Positions 45,627-53,127 of a DNA stretch of 64,000 bases are shown piece after piece (the stretch's first letter is position 1; the number at the start of each line of letters is the position of its first letter). The translations under genes and the position numbers were made by a program. The notes under the pieces were generated by a model. It was not told where the DNA came from. It made no database searches and worked only from the letters and a program-made list of their open reading frames with translations. Location: the NCBI GenBank assembly GCA_934096275.1, contig CAKOLK010000001.1, positions 15,876-79,875 of the forward strand, given 5' to 3'. The stretch comes from an uncultured Bacilli bacterium (GTDB lineage: Bacteria; Bacillota_I; Bacilli_A; RF39; UBA660).

Positions 45627-45659
45627 ATTTTACAACAAAAAAAGCACTTTTTCAAGTAC
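45627..45659 (-). promoter_or_regulatory. member 4 promoter with the conserved near-palindrome; no small-ORF cassette at this locus
   Basis: TTGAAA (45650-45655), 17 nt, TAAAAT (45627-45632). GTACTTGAAAAAGTGC lies at 45644-45659. The mnmA stop follows 10 nt away. Confidence 0.55.
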
Positions 45660-45668
45660 CTTTACATT

Positions 45669-46772
45669 TTATAAATACCAAAGTTTTTCGTTATTCTTTC
45701 TAACTTCTTTTATGATTCCACTTCCAATACATCTATCATCAATGTATAAAGCACATACTTGTCCAGGTGTTACTGATTTAACTTTATCATATGATACTAA
45801 TAACTCATCATCATTTAATTTAGTAATCTTTACTTTTACATCACTGCTTCTATATCTAAACTTTGCACTACATTCTTTTAATTCTTCTTCATAATTGATT
45901 ACTAAACTATCTATTACACAGCTATCTGAATATAAATATTCATTATCATCACCAATTGCAACATATAAAACATTCTTGTCCAAATCTTTTCCTACAACAA
46001 ACATTCTATCTTCAGTACCACCAACATTAAGACCTCTTCTTTGTCCAATTGTATAATGCATAAGTCCTACATGTTCACCCATTACTTCATTTGTTTCTAT
46101 ATTAATAATCTTACCAGGTTGATTAGGTAAATAATTACTTAAAAACTCTCTAAAGTGTCTTTCTCCAATAAAACATATTCCTGTTGAGTCTTTCTTTTTA
46201 GCAGTCACCAATCCATACTCACTAGCTATTTTTCTTACTTCACTTTTTTCCAAGTCTCCTACTGGAAATAATACATTTTCTAATTGTTCATTTGTAAGTT
46301 GTGCCAAAAAATAAGTTTGATCTTTATTAGAATCTAATCCTTTATATAAATTACCATCAATAAGTCTAGCATAGTGTCCAGTTGCTATATAATCTGCACC
46401 AAGCTTTAGCGCTTCTTTTTTGAATAAATCAAATTTTATGTATTTATTACACATAACATCAGGATTAGGAGTCCTCCCCTTTTTTAATTCATCTAAAAAA
46501 TAAGTAAATACATAGTCCCAATATTCTTTTACAAAGTCTACTCTATGTAGTTCTATTCCTAAATCCTCACATACTTTCTTAGCATCATTATAATCTTGTT
46601 CTTGAGTACATATATTCTCATTTAAAGTAGGATTTCCTTTTATATCATGATTAATTAAACTATCCCAGTTTCTCATGAAAAGTCCCACTACTTCATATCC
46701 CATATTCTTTAAAATAATTGCACTTACTGATGAATCAACTCCACCAGACATACCTACTACTACACGTTTCAT
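45669..46772 (-). CDS. mnmA: tRNA 2-thiouridine(34) synthase
   Basis: MKRVVVGMSGGVDSSVSA PP-loop and ...DSTGICFIGER.... Confidence 0.93.
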   Translation of the reverse strand: MKRVVVGMSGGVDSSVSAIILKNMGYEVVGLFMRNWDSLINHDIKGNPTLNENICTQEQDYNDAKKVCEDLGIELHRVDFVKEYWDYVFTYFLDELKKGRTPNPDVMCNKYIKFDLFKKEALKLGADYIATGHYARLIDGNLYKGLDSNKDQTYFLAQLTNEQLENVLFPVGDLEKSEVRKIASEYGLVTAKKKDSTGICFIGERHFREFLSNYLPNQPGKIINIETNEVMGEHVGLMHYTIGQRRGLNVGGTEDRMFVVGKDLDKNVLYVAIGDDNEYLYSDSCVIDSLVINYEEELKECSAKFRYRSSDVKVKITKLNDDELLVSYDKVKSVTPGQVCALYIDDRCIGSGIIKEVRKNNEKLWYL

Positions 46773-46956
46773 TCATATCACCGACTAAATTATACTACAA
46801 AATAAATAAAAAGTAAAAGATTATTGCTTCTTTATACTTTTTATGACAAATTGCTATGTGCACATTACTTTTACATAAGTGGCTAGAATATCCTGAAGAT
46901 TCTATATCGTATATTGCAAGAAATGTAACAAATAGCTTCGAATTTTTATTTTTTTA

Positions 46957-47511
46957 TCAAACATTTTGTATTTCTCTCTTAAAATCTTCTTTTAATATTT
47001 GCATATATATACTATCATGATAGATTCCTTCAAGATAGTGAGATTGTTTTCTTACTCCTAGTTCTTTGAAACCACATTTTAGATAGCATTTTTTAGCACG
47101 TTCATTGGTATCTAACAGTTCAAGCATGATGTTATTAAGATTTAAATGATTAAATGCATAATCAAGTAATAGATTGATTGCTTCAGTTCCATAGTCTTTT
47201 TCTCTTTCATCATTTTTACCTATCATAATACCAAGTGTTGCAGTTTTATTTATATGATCAATATTCATAAGTGATATATTACCTATTAGTTCATCATTTG
47301 ATAGTTTAACTATAGAAAGGTATACTTTATCATCTTTTCTTGCTCTTTCTACAAAGTCTTTTTCATCTTCAAGAGTAAATATTTTACTATATTGATCTAA
47401 GTATTTAGATGTTTCATAGTCATTGATCCATTCAGTAAATGAAATATAATCATCTTCACTAAATGGTGATAAGTAAATACTTTTTCCTATTATTTTTTTA
47501 TAATGTTTCAT
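46957..47511 (-). CDS. GNAT family N-acetyltransferase (RimJ/RimL-like)
   Basis: ...GYGTEAINLLLDYAFNHLNLNNIMLELLDTNERAKKCYLKCGFKE. Confidence 0.75.
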   Translation of the reverse strand: MKHYKKIIGKSIYLSPFSEDDYISFTEWINDYETSKYLDQYSKIFTLEDEKDFVERARKDDKVYLSIVKLSNDELIGNISLMNIDHINKTATLGIMIGKNDEREKDYGTEAINLLLDYAFNHLNLNNIMLELLDTNERAKKCYLKCGFKELGVRKQSHYLEGIYHDSIYMQILKEDFKREIQNV

Positions 47512-49241
47512 TATTTTACCTCTTTTATATATAAATCTTTTAATTGATTTTCATCAACATAATTTGGAGCATCAGTCATTAAACAACTAGCACTAGTAGT
47601 CTTAGGAAATGCAATAACATCACGAATATTTTCTGTATTTGTAAGTAGCATTGTTAATCTATCTAAACCTAGCGCAAGTCCTCCATGTGGTGGTGTTCCA
47701 TATTTGAATGCTTCAAGTAGGAAGCCAAACTTTTCATTTTTTTCTTCTTCAGTTAACCCAATTGTTTCAAATATTTTACTTTGTAGATTCTTATCATGAA
47801 TTCTTATTGATCCTCCACCTGCTTCATACCCATTTATTACTATATCATAAGCATCTGATAAGCATTTTAATGGATCAGTATTTAATAGATTTATATCACT
47901 ATCTTTTACTTTAGTAAATGGATGATGAAGTGCAACATATCTTTTTTCTTCTTCATCATATTCAAACATTGGAAAATCTACTACCCAAAGTAATTTATAA
48001 TCATCTTTATTAATCAAATTAAGATCATTTGCAAGCTTTAATCTTAAAGCACCAAGTGATTGTTTCACTACATCATAAGATCCTCCGGATAATAAAACAA
48101 GATCATTTTCTTCTAAAGAAAGGAGGTTGATTAAATTATTTTGAACATCTTCATTCATAAACTTAATTATACTTCCATTTAATGTTTCATTATATTTTAA
48201 GTAAACTACTCCAGTACTTTTATATTTTTTTACAAATTCACTCAAACTATCTAAATCTTTTCTTGAAAACTTATCACTAGCATTTTTAACTACTAAACAG
48301 TTTACTATTTCTTTATCCTTAAACATAGGAAATTCTGTATCTTTGAATATACTAGTAACATCATTTATTTTCATATCAAATCTTAAATCTGGTTTATCAC
48401 TTCCATATAAATCCATAGCCTTTTTATATGGCATTCTATCAAGTGGTAGTTTGATATCTATTCCTTTTATTTCTTTGAATAGTTTTTGTAGTAGTCCTTC
48501 GGTTATACTAATAACATCATCTTGGTTTACAAAACTCATTTCCATATCTATTTGAGTAAATTCTGGTTGACGATCAGCACGTAAATCTTCATCTCTAAAG
48601 CATTTTGCTATTTGGAAATATCTTTCAAAGCCTGATACCATAAGTAATTGTTTAAATATTTGAGGAGATTGAGGTAGTGCATAAAACTTATTTTTGTTTA
48701 CACGAGATGGCACTAAATAGTCTCTTGCTCCTTCAGGAGTCGATTTACATAGTATTGGTGTTTCTACTTCAAGAAAATGATTATCTGATAAGTAGTTTCT
48801 TGCTATCATACATATTTTATGTCTTGTGATAAACTTACTAGATAAATCTTCTCTTCTAAGATCTAGATAACGATATTTTAGACGTGTTTCTTCATTAGCA
48901 TTAGTGTTGTTATTAACCTCAAAAGGTGTATCGAGTGATTCATTTAAGACTTCTAAAGATGAAACTTCTACTTCAATATCTCCGGTTAATAAATTAGGAT
49001 TTTTACTAGTTCTTTCTATTACTTTACCAAACACCTTAATTACACTTTCATTTTTTAATGATGATAACTCTTCGAAAAATGTTTTTTCTGGAGATACCAC
49101 TAATTGTATAATTCCACTGCGGTCACGAAGATCGATAAATAGCATTCCTCCAAGGTTTCTTTTTTTACTAATCCATCCATATAATTCTACTTCTTGATTA
49201 ATATTTTTGATACTTAAATCAGTATTAAATATTTTTTTCAT
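47511..49241 (-). CDS. aspS: aspartate--tRNA ligase
   Basis: OB-fold N-terminus (V.L.GW....[14 protein letters not shown]), class II motifs ([16 protein letters not shown]; GGGSIRIH; GLALGLDR). The start is at the ATG after AAAGGAA (MKKIFNT...). Confidence 0.93.
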   Translation of the reverse strand: MKKIFNTDLSIKNINQEVELYGWISKKRNLGGMLFIDLRDRSGIIQLVVSPEKTFFEELSSLKNESVIKVFGKVIERTSKNPNLLTGDIEVEVSSLEVLNESLDTPFEVNNNTNANEETRLKYRYLDLRREDLSSKFITRHKICMIARNYLSDNHFLEVETPILCKSTPEGARDYLVPSRVNKNKFYALPQSPQIFKQLLMVSGFERYFQIAKCFRDEDLRADRQPEFTQIDMEMSFVNQDDVISITEGLLQKLFKEIKGIDIKLPLDRMPYKKAMDLYGSDKPDLRFDMKINDVTSIFKDTEFPMFKDKEIVNCLVVKNASDKFSRKDLDSLSEFVKKYKSTGVVYLKYNETLNGSIIKFMNEDVQNNLINLLSLEENDLVLLSGGSYDVVKQSLGALRLKLANDLNLINKDDYKLLWVVDFPMFEYDEEEKRYVALHHPFTKVKDSDINLLNTDPLKCLSDAYDIVINGYEAGGGSIRIHDKNLQSKIFETIGLTEEEKNEKFGFLLEAFKYGTPPHGGLALGLDRLTMLLTNTENIRDVIAFPKTTSASCLMTDAPNYVDENQLKDLYIKEVK

Positions 49242-49261
49242 TTTATCATTCCTTTCAATAA

Positions 49262-49455
49262 AAAAACAGTTATATCCCAAAGGGACGAATAACTGTTAAA
49301 TCCGCGGTACCACCCAATTTATTATATAAAATATAATCTCTTTATTTATAACGGCAATCAACCGGCTTGTTCTACTTAATTCCTCAAGCACTCATGGTGT
49401 CTTTCATATTTAATTTTATACTAGTTCTCACCAAACACTAACTCTCTTAAATAAA
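49262..49455 (-). promoter_or_regulatory. T-box riboswitch leader of aspS (specifier GAC)
   Basis: The minus strand carries AGAGAG/GGUGAGA stem I elements and GAAAGACAC, which contains the GAC (Asp) specifier followed by A. The T-box core is AAUUGGGUGGUACCGCGG, and the terminator is AACAGUUAU...AUAACUGUU+UUUU. Confidence 0.8.
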
Positions 49456-49506
49456 CTTAAATATTACTTTTCCAATCAACGTTTATGTATAGATTATAGA
49501 ATATTT

Positions 49507-51838
49507 TTAGTTTGTTGTCAAGACTGCACGAGTTGAGTAGTCACTGTGCGCTTCACCATCGCTGGTGTTGAAGAAGAACGCGCCGGCGTAATCACCATTG
49601 TAATAGATCCCACCACGGAAGAGCCAAGGGATGAAATTGTTAGAGAAAACAGCTTGATCTGAATACCATGATTTAGTGGTTGAAGATGTTGGTGACATTT
49701 CAATTGTGGCGTCTCCTAACTTTCCTCTTGTATATTCTGTTTTACTTGTTCCATAACTATATTTATCATAATATTTCTTGTTTGGGAATGCATATGTTCC
49801 TGTAAATGATGTTTTATCATTTCCTAAATATCCTGTAAATGCTGAATTTTTATTACTAGATGTTGAATATCCACTCATCTGTTGTCCATTACTATGTACC
49901 ATATTACCCATCACGTATTCACATGTTCCACCACTCATGTCATATACTCCATATACATTTCCTGTTGTTGATGCGCTTTGTCCTAAAGTTGTTGTGTATC
50001 CATTACATGTTGAACCCCTACTTGCTGAACCTTCACTTTGTGGTCCACATCCTGTTGTATTTGTATTTGCACTATTTATTGCTATTTCTTTATTTATTCC
50101 ATATTTACTATGTGATAGATATGTTACTGCTCCCCATTCCATATTCTTCATCATATGAGTTTCAGCGGTTGTTGCAATACCATATTGGTTGCCACTTTCT
50201 CTCATCTTTTGGATTCCATTAAAGAATGTTCCTACTTGTGCTCCTCTCCATGATGTTACGTTTGGTTTTATTTGAGGTCTTATTGTTTGTAGGTTGCAGT
50301 CTGTACCTATTGCTACATAGTTAGTAGGTGTACATGTAGTATCACTTGATACTTCAAACTTTCCTACCCATATTCCTGTTAATCCTTCCCCTGTTTCTCT
50401 TACATTGTTATCATTTTTATCCCACCAGAATGCTGGATGCGTATAGGTTGATGTTCCTGCTTTTAATGATCCATTTGTACTATCTGTACATGTTTCTGAT
50501 GTACTACTAGTTCCAGTTACTGCGTCTACACATTTTATTGTACCACTACTATTTGTACCGCTTTCAAATTTTATTTTGATTTCTTCTGGTGTATTAGTGT
50601 TTAAATATGTATATGTATATCTTGGTATCCACACCCACATTGTATTGATACTTAGCATTGGTATCTCTGTTCCCGCATCTGCACTTACTATATCACTTCT
50701 TTTGCATACTGAACTACTGCAATTTTTTGTAGTTCCATCTTTTAGAGTTAACTTAGTCACAGGCACACCTTCTTTAGTATATTTATCAGCACTTGTTACG
50801 CTATGATTGCTAACTGAATTAATTTTATACATGGTACTACAAGTAGTGTTGTCTGTACAATGATATTTATCAATAACATCAGTATCAACATCATCATAAG
50901 ATGTATTTGTGAGTGTGTATAATCCTGTATCTTCATTAAATGTGTAAGATTTTCCAAACATGTAATTAGGTGGATAGAATTGTCCTATGGAATACATAGT
51001 ATAATCACTACCATCATAAGAATCTATAAAAAATGCTTTGTTAGAGCCAAATATATTAAACATGATTATGGCATATCCATATTCATCAATGTAATCGCTT
51101 AGTTTCATGCCATTGTTATCATATAAGTCTGAAAGAGATCCTTCTATTACTCCACTGCTGAAATCATAGTCTTCTTCCCATGTGTAATCATCATAGGACA
51201 ATAAGTTTACTTGACCATCCAATTGAGCCTCAGTTATGATAAGAGAACCGCTTGGACTTGATATATTATATATTCCAAATGCCATGTTATCAGTTTTATA
51301 ATATACCATTAAATTAACATAATCATATTCTGTGTTATTTATTGTAACTGGAGCATTCCAACCAAATTCAAGACTTGAAGATAAATTAAGCGAAATATTT
51401 TTATCAACTTTTTCTTTATACTTACTACTTAGCGCATCTGTTACTGTTACTGCGTTAGCCCACATTTTATTATTGTAATCATACCACTTATTAGACGCGT
51501 TTGAATTGGTTGCGTCTGCTTTTCTCCATACATTGTTATTACTATCATAATATACTGGTATCATATTACTTGTTAATACTGGTTTATTTGCACCGCTTGT
51601 ATCAAGGTTTACGTTGTTGCTTTTTACATAAAGTTTCAATACATTTTTAGATTCTACACTACTACTCCACTTTGCATATGATGTATTTGTATAATTGTAA
51701 GATATTATTCCCGAAAGTAATAGCACAAAAATACCTATTAATGATAATAGATATTTATTATACTCTTTTACGTCTTTAAATAAGGGATTTATTTTATAAG
51801 ATTTTTGCCCCCCCCCCGAACGAATTATTGTTTGTCAT
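49507..51838 (-). CDS. poly-G-gated surface-protein family, member 5 (long class); unambiguously phase-OFF in this assembly
   Basis: GGAGG (51846-51850), 7 nt, ATG at 51838, then MTNNNSF plus G10 gives ...GGGAKIL-stop. The main frame (..QKSYKINPLFKDVKEYNKYLLSLIGIFVLLLSGIIS..) is closed upstream by TGA and has no ATG/GTG/TTG before the anchor. The tract edge here is TTC-G, so no TATG exists. Confidence 0.8.
51808..51817 (-). repeat. homopolymeric G10 tract of member 5
   Basis: Hand count: gccc + ccccccc + g gives 10 C. Confidence 0.85.
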
Positions 51839-51874
51839 AGTTTTGCCTCCGTTTTGACTATTTTGTCTGGTTTT

Positions 51875-51957
51875 ATTTTACAACAAAAAAAGCACTTTTT
51901 CAAGTACTATTTCTTCTACTCAATAAACTTAACACATAAACAATTATTTGTTATTAT
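51875..51957. promoter_or_regulatory. back-to-back divergent promoters (member 5 / cassette D)
   Basis: Minus strand: TTGAAA (51898-51903), 17 nt, TAAAAT (51875-51880), with GTACTTGAAAAAGTGC at 51892-51907. Plus strand: TTAACA (51929-51934), 17 nt, TATTAT (51952-51957). Confidence 0.55.
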
Positions 51958-51964
51958 TATTTTA

Positions 51965-52222
51965 GGAGATGTGTTAATTGTTGGTACTCCTCTGTTCTAC
52001 TGTTTCTTAAGGGGGCAAGTAAACGGGAGTGATGTCTATGGTGAAAGGATTTAATTATGTACAGTTTGATTGCATTTTGTGTAGTTTTATTGTTACTAAT
52101 TTTGTCAATAAAACATAATGACTAGAAAAGAAGTACCAACTCAACATGAGTAGGTACTTCTTTTCTTAAAATATTCACAACATAGAACAGAGACAGTACT
52201 AATCGTCAAATTAGCATATCTC
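51965..52222 (+). other. predicted structured small mRNA, type I toxin-like (cassette D, divergent version)
   Basis: The 5' element (51965-51996) can pair with the 3' element (52186-52222) in three helices of 14, 9 and 7 bp. All 4 non-Watson-Crick pairs are G-U in the plus sense. Hairpin GAAAAGAAGUACC...GGUACUUCUUUUC lies at 52125-52165. Confidence 0.5.
52057..52125 (+). CDS. 22-aa hydrophobic peptide MYSLIAFCVVLLLLILSIKHND (candidate type I toxin, divergent)
   Basis: AAAGGA lies 7 nt before the ATG. TTGATTGCATTTTG aligns with TTGATTTGCATCTTG of cassette A apart from a 1-nt indel. An alternative 26-aa frame from ATG 52038 is much less hydrophobic. Confidence 0.4.
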   Translation: MYSLIAFCVVLLLLILSIKHND

Positions 52223-52444
52223 TTTTTTTAGTATATTCTTTTTTATATACTAAATGTGTTCGTGAATAAATTATATCTTATTTTTAATAAAATATCAATA
52301 TCACTTCAGTGATTTGTGGTATTTTACTTCAGTATTTTGTGATAATTTATTATTTCAGAAAATATATTAATTATTACACTTCTCTGTTTTGTTATTTTTT
52401 CCTTTAACAAAACTAATGAAATTATTGCATTTATCATTAGTTTT

Positions 52445-53040
52445 GTCAACAACCCTGCACTCAAAGTGCAGGGCTTGTGTTTACTGCTGAAAGCAGTTTA
52501 TATGACTAAAAGTCAATTTGTTATTTTAAATGTTTTTTCTATATCATCTGTTTGATCTTCTATATATGCCTTTATTATTTCTTGTGTCACTGTTCCTACA
52601 CTTCTACAAAAATACCCTGGACTCCATAAATATTGTCCCCAATACTTTCTTTTTAATACATTGAACTCTTCTTGCAATATCTTTGAACTTCTTCCCTTTA
52701 GATATTGAACCAGTTTTGATGGCGCTATTGTCGGCGGACAACTTACTAACAAATGCACATGATTTCTTGTTATATTTCCTCGTATAATAGTTATCCCTCG
52801 GGCAACACATCCCTGCATTAATAATACTCTTAATCTTTGTGCTACTTTACCATTTAATACTTCATATCTATATTTTGTTGTCCAAACTATATGATATTGT
52901 ATATCATATTGTGTATGACTTCCTTTTCTCATCCAAATCCCCTGCCCTTGGCTAACTATTATACTACAAGACAATTAATTTGTCAGCCAGTTCTAAAAGA
53001 ATTTACGCGCTAAATCACGTGGCCTGGTACCAGGGGTTTA
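52445..53040 (-). mobile_element. IS200/IS605-family element (tnpA only), boundaries approximate
   Basis: A Y1/HUH transposase gene flanked by subterminal hairpins: CCCTGCACT-caa-AGTGCAGGG (52453-52473), ACTGCT-gaa-AGCAGT (52483-52497), and palindrome CCTGGTACCAGG (53023-53034). It is locally GC-richer than its surroundings. Confidence 0.6.
52513..52932 (-). CDS. tnpA: IS200/IS605 family transposase TnpA (Y1 HUH)
   Basis: YDIQYHIVWTTKYRY, HUH motif NHVHLLV, and catalytic-Tyr region WSPGYFCRSVG. The start is at MRKGSHT.... Confidence 0.88.
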   Translation of the reverse strand: MRKGSHTQYDIQYHIVWTTKYRYEVLNGKVAQRLRVLLMQGCVARGITIIRGNITRNHVHLLVSCPPTIAPSKLVQYLKGRSSKILQEEFNVLKRKYWGQYLWSPGYFCRSVGTVTQEIIKAYIEDQTDDIEKTFKITN

Positions 53041-53065
53041 ACATAGTCAAGAAAGTATTGGAATA

Positions 53066-53104
53066 TATAAAAAGTACCAGTTTAACATGGGCTGGCACTT
53101 ATTT
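53066..53104 (-). terminator. rho-independent terminator of dnaE
   Basis: On the minus strand: AAGUGCCAG-cccauguuaaa-CUGGUACUU + UUUAUAUAUU. Confidence 0.55.
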
Positions 53105-53127
53105 TAGTAAAATATCAATATTTTATG

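Noticed and set aside
51854-52054. 66-aa plus-strand ORF overlapping the member 5 / cassette D promoter region.
   Set aside because: It starts upstream of the predicted plus-strand promoter and runs through both -35/-10 boxes and the 5' RNA arm, with no SD. The short hydrophobic ORF at 52057-52125 fits the cassette architecture better.
12181-52300. A complete DGR (reverse transcriptase, Avd, template repeat) within the window to go with the NNC patches.
   Set aside because: No ORF in the track looks like a reverse transcriptase. I found no third copy of the GTGCGCCCAGTCC boundary or an A-rich template by eye. The DGR idea therefore stays an inference that needs the rest of the genome.
52131-53120. 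Reading the two related hairpins as a target-site duplication made by the IS200 element.
   Set aside because: IS200/IS605 transposition does not create target duplications. Identity is only about 73%, and the IS ends lie well inside the bracketed region. Reported only as a low-interest observation.
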